A stretch of 64,000 nt of DNA, taken from positions 14,114-78,113 of the forward strand of contig JAVJZJ010000172.1 in NCBI GenBank assembly GCA_040223075.1, written 5' to 3'. The notes below the pieces were generated by a model, which was not told the origin of the DNA, made no database searches, and saw only the letters and a list, made by a program, of their open reading frames with translations. The position numbers were made by a program, and so were the translations under genes. This document shows, piece by piece, positions 16,951-27,800 of the stretch; the first letter of the stretch is position 1, and each line of letters starts with the position of its first letter. Source of the DNA: Marinobacter sp. (GTDB lineage: Bacteria; Pseudomonadota; Gammaproteobacteria; Pseudomonadales; Oleiphilaceae).

Positions 16951-19220
16951 CGCTCACCCCCACCTGAGACATTGGCCACGGCCGGGGCGGCTACCCCAGC
17001 TCCGAGCTGTCGGCGCATCAACACAGCAATCGCAAGGCCAATGGCCAGGCACAACACCAACATTTCCAGCCAGAATCCGGGATACACCGCCATCGGCAGA
17101 GACCAGCCAAACGCCAGTGGATTGATGCGACTGACCAGTGTCCACGTCAGCCATACCCCCAATGGCAGGGCCGCCACAGCAACCGCACCGGTCAGGAACA
17201 TGGCCAGCCACCGCAGCTGGCCCGCCACTTCCCGACGTGACAGCCCCCAGACAAACAGCAACCGGTAGTACCAGGCCCGTGTGGTGAAGAACACCCACCC
17301 CATGACCAGTAGCGACGTTCCCGCCAGCACCAACGTCAGCACCGTAATGGCGCGGGTAATCAGAAAGGTCTGATCAAACACCTCCGAGGCCAGGGACCGA
17401 ATACTGCTGTTATCCCGGACCGTGAGTTGGTCAGTATTCCAGACAGTCGCCAGGCCCTGCTCGATCTCCGCCATGGCCAATGTACCCGGATTCAGGGACA
17501 GGCTTTGAAAGCGGGTATTGAAGGTGTCCGGCAGAATCTGCCCCGCAACCAGGATCTCCCCCTCAGGACGACCATAATCCGCGTACACGCCGACCACAGG
17601 CAGCGCCAGGGTTTGCTCTCCGAGGGCAAAACCGATTGGGTCGCCAGGCTGATACTCCTGACGTCGCGCCAGTTGTTCATTCACCATCACGCCCTGGCCC
17701 GCAGCCAGCTTTTCCCAGGCATCCGGTGTGGCATCAAGCAACGTCCAGCCCGTGACCAACGGCCCGATTGGAGAGATTGAAAACAAGTCGACTTCCACAG
17801 AAGTCGCAGCATCGTCGCCTGCCATTTCCGGCACCACGCGTGTCGTACCGCGCTGAACGAGATGCCAGTCTCCCAGTCCTGAAAGACTTTCAAGGTAACG
17901 GACCCCGTCCTCCACTGCGGATTGCGCAGGCACTTCCACATAAAACTCGGCTTCCAGTCGCTGGGCCAGCCATTGCTCGAAGGCATCCTCAAATGTTGTG
18001 ACCAAAGCCTGAACCGCCAGCACCATGGCCACGGCAAACTGCAACGCCACCACTGGCAGGGCCAGGCGACGGAACAGTACCGCCAACTCCCGCCGTTGCC
18101 ATAGCGTGATTGCACCCGCGCCCTCGACGCCCCATTGCGCAACGTGAGAGAGCACTCGTGGCGTCAGTAACCCCACAGCCACAAACACCAGGGCAATACC
18201 CACATACAGCCAACCAAGAATAAACGGCCAGGCAACCATTGCCAGGCCCAGCCCAAGAACCGGCACACCGAACCACAGGACCGACTGTCTTCCCGAAAGC
18301 CAGGGCAACCTCAGCAACAGGCGTTTATCGGCAAAGCACGCCAACAACACCACGGACACCATGACCAGTGCGGGCAGGACAAAGCCATCACCAGCCACTG
18401 CGTACAGGGGGGCATCGAACAGGCTTTCCAGAACCTGGCCAAACCCGCCACCGAGTATTTCTGCCAACAACCGCCCCAGCCAGATTCCGGGGATCACGCA
18501 GACCGACGTCAGCGCAACCATCTCAATCAGCAACAGGACCTGAACCCGGGCAGCAGGCACGCCAAAGCGCCTCAGCAACGCAAAACTCTCGCGGCGCTGC
18601 ACCAACCCTAACTGATAGACGCTGCGCACCAGAAGTGCCGTTATCAGCAACACCAGCACCCCGAGGGCATCCAGATTCAACAGGAAGCTCTCTCCCAGTT
18701 CGCCGGTAGCCGGCCCCATCGAGAAGTCTTTCAGCCGAAAGGCCGCCGGAACAGCATTAGCTTCGACATCGACCGGCACCAGAAGAGACAGCTGCCCGTC
18801 ACTGCCCTGACGAACCATCTCCGCCGCCTCAGCGATATCGAGGAACGGCTCCCCGTTCAGCGCATCCACCCTGGCCTGACCGGGCGCCTCGTTCCCGAAA
18901 CAAGCGCTTGCGAACGGATCCACACCAATGACACGCCCTTCCGGCGCCGGCCGCTCGACCTCCAGCCAGGGCATTACACACAACCCCTGACGCCTGAGAT
19001 AGGCAAAATCCTGTACGGAAACCGATTGCCCATCCTCCCGCACCAGCTCTTGCTGACCGGCTATGGCCCGCTCACTCTGGGCAAGGCTGGCCCTTGCGCG
19101 GTCGGTAAGATGGCTGACGCCGGTCCACAACATGGTCGCCAACACAATCATCAACGCCAGTGCCAGCAGTTGCAGCGGGTGACGGCGATAATGGCTGAGC
19201 AGAGCGGAGAAAACGGTCAT
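16947..19220 (-). CDS. ABC transporter permease, FtsX/MacB-like (two FtsX modules)
   Basis: Large polytopic ORF. I prefer the ATG at 19220 (MTVFSALLSHYRRHPLQ), which has GAGG 8 nt upstream, over the track start at 19271, which would overlap the ATPase gene by 43 nt. Confidence 0.8.
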   Translation of the reverse strand: MTVFSALLSHYRRHPLQLLALALMIVLATMLWTGVSHLTDRARASLAQSERAIAGQQELVREDGQSVSVQDFAYLRRQGLCVMPWLEVERPAPEGRVIGVDPFASACFGNEAPGQARVDALNGEPFLDIAEAAEMVRQGSDGQLSLLVPVDVEANAVPAAFRLKDFSMGPATGELGESFLLNLDALGVLVLLITALLVRSVYQLGLVQRRESFALLRRFGVPAARVQVLLLIEMVALTSVCVIPGIWLGRLLAEILGGGFGQVLESLFDAPLYAVAGDGFVLPALVMVSVVLLACFADKRLLLRLPWLSGRQSVLWFGVPVLGLGLAMVAWPFILGWLYVGIALVFVAVGLLTPRVLSHVAQWGVEGAGAITLWQRRELAVLFRRLALPVVALQFAVAMVLAVQALVTTFEDAFEQWLAQRLEAEFYVEVPAQSAVEDGVRYLESLSGLGDWHLVQRGTTRVVPEMAGDDAATSVEVDLFSISPIGPLVTGWTLLDATPDAWEKLAAGQGVMVNEQLARRQEYQPGDPIGFALGEQTLALPVVGVYADYGRPEGEILVAGQILPDTFNTRFQSLSLNPGTLAMAEIEQGLATVWNTDQLTVRDNSSIRSLASEVFDQTFLITRAITVLTLVLAGTSLLVMGWVFFTTRAWYYRLLFVWGLSRREVAGQLRWLAMFLTGAVAVAALPLGVWLTWTLVSRINPLAFGWSLPMAVYPGFWLEMLVLCLAIGLAIAVLMRRQLGAGVAAPAVANVSGGGER

Positions 19221-19228
19221 GGGCTGCC

Positions 19229-19903
19229 TCAGGTTTCGGGCAGGTGCCCGAGGTCCAGATGGTGGCTGCACCGGGTAGCCAGTTCGACGTCGTGAGTGGC
19301 CAGGACCAGCCCGCAGCCGTGACGGGCCTGAAGATCAAAGAGTTGCCCGGTAACGTCTTCGGCGGTGTGGCGATCCAGGCTGCCGGTGGGCTCATCGGCG
19401 AGAATCAGGGCCGGGTTCATGGCAAACACCATGGCCAGGGCAGCGCGCTGGCGCTGACCACCGGACACCTGGTCCGGAAAGCGGCCGGAAAGTTCGCCGA
19501 TCCCCAGCCGTTCGAGCCAGTCCCTGCAGTCATCTTCATTCCGCCCCGCCAGCCGGGCCCGAAGACGGACATTGTCCAGCAGCGACAGGGCGGGCATCAG
19601 GTTCGCTTCCTGGAACACCACGCCGATTTGCTGCCGGCGCAGATTCGCCCAGCGGGCTTCAGCCTGACGATCAGTGTCACCCTCAAAAACCTCATCCAGC
19701 ACCTGCACGCTGCCGGTGTTCGGCTGCTCCAGGCCACACAGGATATTGAGCAAGGTGCTTTTGCCAGACCCCGAACGGCCAGTCAGCGCCAGTGACTCAC
19801 CCCGATCCAGTTGCAGGGAGAGATTACGGAATACCGACACCGGCTGACTGCCGCTGCGGAACTGCTTGTTCAGGCCTTGGGCCGTAAGCAAGGATGCCAC
19901 CAT
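19229..19903 (-). CDS. ABC transporter ATP-binding protein (LolD/MacB-type)
   Basis: 224-aa ORF with Walker A GRSGSGKST, signature LSGGQRQRAALA and Walker B LILADEPTGSLD. Confidence 0.9.
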   Translation of the reverse strand: MVASLLTAQGLNKQFRSGSQPVSVFRNLSLQLDRGESLALTGRSGSGKSTLLNILCGLEQPNTGSVQVLDEVFEGDTDRQAEARWANLRRQQIGVVFQEANLMPALSLLDNVRLRARLAGRNEDDCRDWLERLGIGELSGRFPDQVSGGQRQRAALAMVFAMNPALILADEPTGSLDRHTAEDVTGQLFDLQARHGCGLVLATHDVELATRCSHHLDLGHLPET

Positions 19904-19919
19904 GGTTTTCCCGTCAGGA

Positions 19920-22900
19920 TTAGTCAGGAGCGCTCAGGGGCTCGGCAGTGGAACCGTGACGCCGCGCCCGCCACTCCCGGAACTGTTCAAGCCACGACAG
20001 GAGCGCCGGAATAACCACCAATACCAGTAAGGTCGACAGTCCCAGCCCGAAGGCAATGGATGTGGCCATGGGAATCAGGAACTGAGCCTGCAGGGACGTT
20101 TCGAACATCAGCGGCAACAGCCCGCCGATGGTGGTCAATGAGGTCAGTATTACCGCCCGCATCCGCTGAACGGCGGCTTCATTGAGTGCGTCGGTAATGC
20201 CCAACCCTTTCTGCCGCTGCTGGTTATAGAACGCTACGAGAATAATGGCGTTATTGACCACAATGCCGGACAGGCCGAACAGACCAAACAGGGACAGTAT
20301 GGTCAGCTGCAGTCCCATCAGCCAGTGACCCAGCAAAGCACCCACCAGGGCAAACGGGATAATGGCCATCACGATCAGCGGCAGGCTCCAGGACGCAAAT
20401 ACCCATACCAGCACTACGTACATTAGCCCCAGGCCTATCACCAACCCCGTTTTCATGTCAGCCATGGTTTCCCGCTGATCCGCCGACCGGCCTTCAAAGC
20501 TGTAGCGCACATTATAGCGACCGACGATGTCCGGCAGTGCCTCAGCCTGCAGGCTTTCCAGAATCTGATCCGTGGTGCTGACCCGGGTGTTCAGCCCCGA
20601 TGTGACCTCAATCGACAGCTTCCCATCCGCGTGACGCAGGGCCTGGAACCCCTGGCGGTGGTCGAGATTCATCACCTGGGTCAGCGGTACAAAGCGCCCG
20701 TCCGGAACCCGAACTGTCATCCTGGACAGGGTGGACAGGCGCTCCCGCTGATCCCGGGGCAACTGCACACGCACTTCCACCTCGTCCCGGCCATCCTGGT
20801 AAATCTGCGCGATCCGGCCATCGAAAGCAGCCCTGAGTTGCCGGCCAAGATCCGCGGTGGTCAGTCCCAGGGCTTCACCGTGGGCGCTGACCTGATAGAT
20901 CAGCTGTTCACGCCCCCAGGGCATATCGTCCTCAACGTCCAGCACCCCTGGCAGCGTTGAAAGCGCCTGGCCCAGTTCATCGGCTGCCCGTTTCAGGTTT
21001 TCGGCATTGTCGCCGGTCAGGCGGACATTCACATCCCGCCCCGGCGGCCCCGCCTGACGCTCGGAAATGGTCAGGTTGTCGAGCCCTGCCGGTGTCTCCA
21101 GCCGGCTGCGCCACTCGGTGATGAACTCGGGGTTGCGCACCGAACGGCGGTCCGATGGCACCAGCTCTACCATCATGGAGCCCAGCTCGTCGCCGCTGCG
21201 TGAGCTGCCCTCGGCGCCCTGAGTCGCGCCCTGAGTGGTGACGGCGTGAAGAATGAGTTCCCCACCCAGGGCCTCTTCCGTCTCATTGAGTGACCTCTGC
21301 ATCTGGCCGAGAAAGTCGTCCACCGTTCCCTGGTCGGTGCCGGCAACGAAGCTGGCGTTGGCAAAGAAAACCGAAGGCTCAGGCGTCGGAAAGAAGTTAA
21401 AGCCAAGCCGACCACCGGCCAGCAGCCCGACAGTCACGATGGCTAGGGCAACCGCGCCGGCAACGGTGGCGCCCCGGTGTTCCAGGCTGTAACGGGAAAA
21501 TCGACGGAACCGGCCTTCCCGAAACTGTTCAAAGCGCCACTCAAAGCCACGTCGGAAGCGCTCGATCGGACCGGGCGGTTTCGGATCCGATGCTTCCTTT
21601 TCCATTTTTTTCGTCCGGCGGGGAACGAAAGCGTGTCGTAAATGGGCTGGCAGGACGATAAAACATTCCATCAGCGAGGCCACCAGCACACAGATCATCA
21701 CCAGCGGAATATCACCGAGGATATTGCCGATCACACCCCCGACCACCAGCAGGGGCATGAAAGCCGCGACGGTGGTCAGGGAAGACGCCAGTACCGGCCA
21801 GACCATCCGTTTCGCTGCGCCCTCCGAGGCGTAAATGGATTCTTCGCCCATGCGGGCATGGGCATCGGCGTCCTCGCCCACCACGATGGCGTCATCAACA
21901 ATCACCCCCAACGCCATGATCAGTGCAAACAGGGAAATCATGTTGATGGAGCCACCAATCAGCCAGAGGACCGCCATGGCCGCCAGGAACGCCGTCGGAA
22001 TGCCAATAGCTACCCACATGGCCACACGGCCCGGCAGGAACAGGTACAACAGACAAATCACCAGCACCAGACCACCCAGGCCGTTGGTCACCAGCAGGGA
22101 AATACGATCGTTCAGCAGTTGCCAGGTTTCGTCATAAACCTCCAGTTCGATCGTTGGCGGCAATGACGGCCGGGTATCGGCCAGCCAGGCCTCCAGAACC
22201 TTCGCCGCCGCCAACGAATTGCCGTTTTCCGCCCGTTGCAGCTGAAGCTCCACCGCCGGCTTTCCGTCCTGTTCCAGGGTTAACTGGTTTTCCCGGGCTT
22301 CCTGCCGGATGATGGCAATATCGCCCAGATTCAGCTGAACACGCTCTCCGCTCAGCACGGGGAGGTTCTCGAAGGCCTGGGGACTTCGTCGCTGCTCCAC
22401 GGCCCGCAACTCGCGGGTGGCGTCCTGTTGCGCCATCATGCCGGCTGGCAAATCCCTTGATAGCGCCGCAACGCGCTCGGCAATCTGATCCAGTGACAGC
22501 CCCAGCGCCTCCAACCGCTCAACGGGCACGTCAATACTGATCTGTTGCTCTGGCAGCCCGCGAATGGCCACCCGGTCGATGCCCCGTTGCAGCAACTCAT
22601 CTTCAAAACGATAGGCCAGCTGCCGCAATTCACGGCGATCCACGTCACCAAAGACCAGCAATCGCGCCACCGGTTCATAACGTTCAACCCGGGTAACCTG
22701 GGGCTCCTCCGCCTCGGCGGGCAGGTTGGTGAATTCGTCCACCTGCTGGCGCACGTCGTCCAGGGCCTGAATGGGAGGAGTGCCCTCCTCGAACTCCAGG
22801 GTAATAGACGACACCCCCTGGGCGGATGTTGACGTCATCTTTTTCAGGCCATCAACACTGCGAAGGCGCTGTTCCAGAGGATTGGTAATACCCTGTTCCA

Positions 22901-23087
22901 CATCTTCGGCGGAAGCGCCACTCCAGACCACGCGAACGCTGACGATATCCAGGGCAAAGGTGGGGAAAAACTGGATATTCATGCGGGTCAGCGCCAGCGC
23001 CCCACCCAGCAACATCACCAGCATCACCAGGTTGGCCGCAACCCGGTGATGAACAAAAAAGCCTATCACGCCTTTTCTGCGCCTCAT
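19920..23087 (-). CDS. RND efflux transporter permease (AcrB/AcrD/AcrF family)
   Basis: 1055-aa ORF with 12-TM RND architecture and two large periplasmic loops. It overlaps the adaptor gene by 4 nt. Confidence 0.9.
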   Translation of the reverse strand: MRRRKGVIGFFVHHRVAANLVMLVMLLGGALALTRMNIQFFPTFALDIVSVRVVWSGASAEDVEQGITNPLEQRLRSVDGLKKMTSTSAQGVSSITLEFEEGTPPIQALDDVRQQVDEFTNLPAEAEEPQVTRVERYEPVARLLVFGDVDRRELRQLAYRFEDELLQRGIDRVAIRGLPEQQISIDVPVERLEALGLSLDQIAERVAALSRDLPAGMMAQQDATRELRAVEQRRSPQAFENLPVLSGERVQLNLGDIAIIRQEARENQLTLEQDGKPAVELQLQRAENGNSLAAAKVLEAWLADTRPSLPPTIELEVYDETWQLLNDRISLLVTNGLGGLVLVICLLYLFLPGRVAMWVAIGIPTAFLAAMAVLWLIGGSINMISLFALIMALGVIVDDAIVVGEDADAHARMGEESIYASEGAAKRMVWPVLASSLTTVAAFMPLLVVGGVIGNILGDIPLVMICVLVASLMECFIVLPAHLRHAFVPRRTKKMEKEASDPKPPGPIERFRRGFEWRFEQFREGRFRRFSRYSLEHRGATVAGAVALAIVTVGLLAGGRLGFNFFPTPEPSVFFANASFVAGTDQGTVDDFLGQMQRSLNETEEALGGELILHAVTTQGATQGAEGSSRSGDELGSMMVELVPSDRRSVRNPEFITEWRSRLETPAGLDNLTISERQAGPPGRDVNVRLTGDNAENLKRAADELGQALSTLPGVLDVEDDMPWGREQLIYQVSAHGEALGLTTADLGRQLRAAFDGRIAQIYQDGRDEVEVRVQLPRDQRERLSTLSRMTVRVPDGRFVPLTQVMNLDHRQGFQALRHADGKLSIEVTSGLNTRVSTTDQILESLQAEALPDIVGRYNVRYSFEGRSADQRETMADMKTGLVIGLGLMYVVLVWVFASWSLPLIVMAIIPFALVGALLGHWLMGLQLTILSLFGLFGLSGIVVNNAIILVAFYNQQRQKGLGITDALNEAAVQRMRAVILTSLTTIGGLLPLMFETSLQAQFLIPMATSIAFGLGLSTLLVLVVIPALLSWLEQFREWRARRHGSTAEPLSAPD

Positions 23088-24322
23088 TGCTCCGCTGCTC
23101 CAGCCTCAGCCACATCCACCTTGAGACCGGTAACCGCGTTAGGCAGATGTGTGGTGATCAGGTAAGCACCGGGAACAAGCGCTTCGCCGGACACCAGCAA
23201 CTGACGCTCACCATTGCGGCCCCGGGCTTCGCCTATGCGTTCAACCCTCGCCCGTTGCATCCGATTGTCTGGGGTCATCAGGTAAACGCTGTCAGCGCCG
23301 TAAAGCGCACTGAATGGCATCGCAACGGTTTTATCCCGGGCCGCCCGCTCCAGGGTCACCTGCAACAACCCACCAGGCCGGAGCCCCTGCGGCTCTCCCT
23401 CAAGCTCCAGTATGACTTCGGTACCGGACGGATCGCTGGTTCCGGCGAACCGGGTCAGCCGGAACCGGTGTTTTCCATCGGCGCCGACAGCCTTCAACGT
23501 CTCGCCTCGATCCAGCGCATTCAGCAGTTCGGCGCGAAAGACCTCCGGCACCCGTGCCCGAAGTTCAAGGCCGTCCACGGGATACAGCGACAGCAGGGGC
23601 TCATTCCGGCTGACCTGATCGCCACGGGCCGCCTGAATGCCGGTCACAATACCGTCGAACGGAGCAACCATCCGGGCACGCTCGGCATCCCGCCGGGTGC
23701 CGTCGAGATTGGCAGTGGCCTGAGCCAGCTTCGCCTCCAGACTCTGCAGGCGGGCCGGATGCTCCTCAATCGCCCGCTGCCGGGTGTTCACGGTAAGCTC
23801 CGCCCGGGCGGCGGCATCGGTGGCGGCTTCCAGTGCCTCACGGGAAGCCAGGTTACGGTTTACCAGCGACCGTGTACGCTCCAGCTGCCGCCGGGCGTTA
23901 TCGAGAATAGCCTGCTCATTGGCCAGCGCCGCCCGATCGTTCCGGTGACGTACCTGTTCCGAACGGATCTGCGCTTCCAGGTCCGCCACCTGCGCCTCGG
24001 CCCCGGCAAGCGCCGGCTGGATATCAGCGTCATCGAGGGCCACCAGAAGATCGCCTTCATTCACCCGCTGCCCCTCAGTCACCGGCCGTGCTTCAATTCG
24101 ACCGGCCAGCGTCGCCGTAACCGTCAGTTGTTCCGGCGCCACAACTTCGCCATACAGGGGCAACACCGGCGTATGGGTGCCGGGCTCAATCTGCTGAACC
24201 TGAACACGCCAGCTGCGCTCCGTGGCGCTCACCTCAGCAGGCTCCGGGCGGGTCATCTTGAGAAACAGGAAGCCGGCGATACCGACGGCAATAATCAATA
24301 CAGGAATGAGTCGTTTGGACAT
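23084..24322 (-). CDS. RND efflux periplasmic adaptor (MFP/HlyD family)
   Basis: 412-aa ORF with an N-terminal anchor, a long coiled-coil hairpin (AEAQVADLEAQIRSEQ...LEAKLAQATANL) and beta-barrel segments typical of membrane fusion proteins. Confidence 0.85.
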   Translation of the reverse strand: MSKRLIPVLIIAVGIAGFLFLKMTRPEPAEVSATERSWRVQVQQIEPGTHTPVLPLYGEVVAPEQLTVTATLAGRIEARPVTEGQRVNEGDLLVALDDADIQPALAGAEAQVADLEAQIRSEQVRHRNDRAALANEQAILDNARRQLERTRSLVNRNLASREALEAATDAAARAELTVNTRQRAIEEHPARLQSLEAKLAQATANLDGTRRDAERARMVAPFDGIVTGIQAARGDQVSRNEPLLSLYPVDGLELRARVPEVFRAELLNALDRGETLKAVGADGKHRFRLTRFAGTSDPSGTEVILELEGEPQGLRPGGLLQVTLERAARDKTVAMPFSALYGADSVYLMTPDNRMQRARVERIGEARGRNGERQLLVSGEALVPGAYLITTHLPNAVTGLKVDVAEAGAAEQ

Positions 24323-24362
24323 TACTTGCTGGCCAGATAATGTGAATAAAGCCTTTGGGCTG

Positions 24363-24872
24363 ATGGAATCAAACTACTATACAATCAGGACCAACCCCAC
24401 GATTCCGCGGAGAACGGCACCCTTGGAAGCAACTGAGCACATCGACCTCCTCAATGCGACTATTATCAATGTATTCATTGTTGTCGTGGTGGTTGTCATC
24501 CACAACGAGGTTCTTACTCGCCTCAGCAGCCTGCTCTCGGGGATGCGCCAGAGCTATCACTTCCGCCTGATTACGGGCGTACTGGGCATTCTCGCTGCTC
24601 ACACAGTTCAAGTCTGGATCTTCGCCACTGCGTTTTACTTTATGCACCATGCCGACGCCTGGGGAGAGCTGACCGGAAATTTCAATGGCAGCCTGCTGGA
24701 TTGTGTCTACTTCTCTTTTACAACCTTCACCACGCTCGGCTATGGCGATATCGAGGCCCTCGGCATCCTGCGCTTCCTGACAGGAATCGAGTCCCTGACG
24801 GGCCTTGTACTGATCACTTGGAGCGCCTCCTTCCTGTTCGTGGAAATGCAGCGTTACTGGCCTACTCGTTAA
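24363..24872 (+). CDS. Small two-TM potassium channel (Ion_trans_2 type)
   Basis: Selectivity filter TTLGYGD lies inside CVYFSFTTFTTLGYGDIEALG. I chose the Met at 24363 (MESNYY) because the track start at 24222 lies inside the divergent MFP gene. The stop overlaps the convergent RND stop. Confidence 0.75.
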   Translation: MESNYYTIRTNPTIPRRTAPLEATEHIDLLNATIINVFIVVVVVVIHNEVLTRLSSLLSGMRQSYHFRLITGVLGILAAHTVQVWIFATAFYFMHHADAWGELTGNFNGSLLDCVYFSFTTFTTLGYGDIEALGILRFLTGIESLTGLVLITWSASFLFVEMQRYWPTR

Positions 24873-27800
24873 ACCCATTTGCACCGTGCCAGAGTGTAGT
24901 ACAGCAAAGGCACGACCAGAACGGTCAGCAACGTGGACATGGCCAGACCAAAAATAAGTGATATTGCCAGGCCGTTGAAAATCGGATCGTTCAGGATGAA
25001 GTAAGCGCCTACCATCGCCGAAATAGCTGTCAGGGCGATGGGTTTGATGCGTACCGCGCCCGCCAGGACCACCGCTTCGTCCAGCTCCACACCCTCCTCG
25101 AGCAACTGCCGTATAAACACCACCAGCAAGATGGAATTGCGCACGATGATGCCGGCCAGGGCAATCATGCCGATCATGCTGGTGGCAGTGAATTCACGCC
25201 CCAACAGGGCATGGCCGGGCATGATCCCGATCAGTGTCAGCGGGATGGGTGCCATGATCACCAGTGGCAGGATATACGATCGGAACTGGGCCACCAGCAG
25301 TACAAAAATCATAAATATGCCCACGCTATAGGCCGCCCCCATGTCCCGGAAGGTTTCGTAGGTAATCTGCCATTCGCCGTCCCACTTCAGGGTGCCTTTT
25401 TCCGGCAACGGAGGCTGATCAATGAAATACTGCTCCGGCGCTCCCTCCTGCTGGTTCAGACGCTCGACCATGGCAAACATGCCGTACAACGGCGAATCAG
25501 TCTCCCCCGCCATGTCTGCGGTAACATAAGTCACCGGCAGTAAATCCTTGTGGTATATCGCGCCCATCCAGTCGGCTTCGCGAACCTCGGCAATGCTTGC
25601 CAATGGAACCAGCCTGCCATTACGACTGCGCACGTTCAGGGATAACAGTACCGAGGGCTGGGCCTTGTCGCCTTCGCTTAGAATCACCCGGATCGGAACC
25701 GGATACTTGGCATGATCGTCATGCAGGAAACTGACATTGGTTCCGCCCAGAGCCGTGTGGAGGCCAGCAACGACCTGGGCCTGGGACACGCCCAGCCGTG
25801 CCGCGCGATCCCGGTCCACCAACACTTCCCATTGCCGTGTGGGCGACTCCAGCGTCGTATCGATATCCACCAGGCCATCCACCTGGGTCATGCCCTCGGC
25901 CACCTGCCGAGCCAGTGCCGACCGGCGGGTTTCATCCACTGCATAGATCTCTGCGACAACGGGTGAAAGCACCGGCGGCCCGGGCGGCACTTCGACAATC
26001 TTCACACTGGCACCGTGCCGCTCACCGATCTCGGTCAGCGGACTCCGGAGAGACTGGGCAATATCGTGGGACTGCCGGCTCCGGTTCTCCTCGTGAACAA
26101 GGTTTACCTGGATATCGCCGTGATAGGGATCGCCACGCAGGTAATACTGCCTTACCAGACCGTTGAAATTGATCGGCGAGGCGGTACCGGCGTAGGTCTG
26201 CCAGTTGGCAACTTCATCCACCGTTTCCAGGTAGCTGCCCATTTCCATCAACACCCGCTGGGTCTGCTCCATGGGCGTGCGCTCGGGCATATCCACCACC
26301 ACCTGCAGCTCGGACTTGTTGTCAAACGGTAGCATCTTCAGGATCACCGCCTGGAATACCGGCAGCGACGTGGCCGCCAGGGTCAGCCCCACCACGCCCA
26401 GTGCCAGCAAACGGCGCCGCCAGGGATGATCGCCCAGGAACGGACCGAGCACAGTCCGGAAAATTCGCAGGGACAATGGGCTGACGCCATCCGCGGAGCT
26501 GGAAGCCTCCTCCGCTTCAGCGGCCTGCTCCCCCTGCTTGTGTTTGAGAAGCCTGAAGGCCAACCAGGGCGCCACCACAAAGGCAACGATCTGTGACAGC
26601 ACCATACCGGCCGAGGCGTTGATCGGAATCGGGCTCATGTAGGGGCCCATCAGGCCACTGACAAACGCCATCGGAATCAGCGCCGCCATGATGGTGAGAC
26701 TGGCCATGATGGTGGGCGTGCCCACCTCGTCTACGGCAACGGGAATAATGTCCTTCACCGCCCGCCGGGAGTTCTGGATCCGCCGGTTGATGTTCTCGGT
26801 GATCACGATGCCATCGTCCACCAGAATGCCGATGGAGAAGATCAGCGCGAACAGGGAGACGCGGTTCAGGGTGAAACCCCAGGCCCAGGAAAACACTAGG
26901 GTCAGCAGCAGGGTAATCAGAACCGCAAGGCCGACGATCAGGGCCTGGCGCCAGCCCATGGCCGCCAGAACCAGCAGCACGACGCACAAGGTGGCGGAGA
27001 TCAGATCGGTAATCAGTTTGCGGGCTTTCTGGGAGGCGGTTACGCCATAGTCCCGGGTGACCAGCACCTCCACCGATTCCGGCAAGGCCCGGTTACGCAA
27101 CTGTGCCAGGCGCTCTTCAATAGCCGTGGTGATATTGATCGCGTTCTCGCCCGGCTTCTTGGCGATAGCCAGAGTGACGGCCGGGTAAACGTCACCGGGT
27201 TGCCCGGCCATGTGGTTTTCGTGCCCCGGCCCAAAGCCTGTCATCACACTCTGATCGGCCACGGTGCCACCCCGGCTGACGTCCGCTACATCTTCCAGGT
27301 ACACGGCGGAGCCACTGTGCATGCCCACCACCAGGCGCCGAACATCGCCCACCGTTTCCAGAAGCGTTCCCGCCTGGATTGGAATCGACACGTTGTCGCG
27401 GGAAATCCGGGCCTCCTGGCTGCTGGTGTTGGCCGCGGCCAGCGCGTTACGAATATCGTCGATGGTCAGGTTGAAGCCCGCCAGCAATGCCGGATCGAAT
27501 CGGATATCGACGCGATCAGGAATGCCGCCGGTGGTATAGACATCCCGCGTGCCGGGAACCCGTTTCAGGGCAACTTCCAGCATGTGTGCCAGGTGGGTCA
27601 GTTCCTCACCGGTATGCTCGTTCACCGGATCGTAGAGGGTCAGGGTCATCACCGGAACATCATCGATGCCCTTGGGTTTGATCACCGGCTGGGTCGCGCC
27701 CAGATTGGCCGGCAGCCAGTCCTGATTCGAATACACCTGGTTGTAGAGCCGCACCAGCGCTTCCTGACGGGGCACGCCCACTTCGAACTGCACCGTGATC

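Noticed and set aside
23087-24340. 417-aa plus-strand ORF
   Set aside because: It is entirely antisense to the RND adaptor gene. Its Arg/Pro/Gly-rich composition is typical of shadow ORFs in high-GC DNA, and it has no recognisable motifs.
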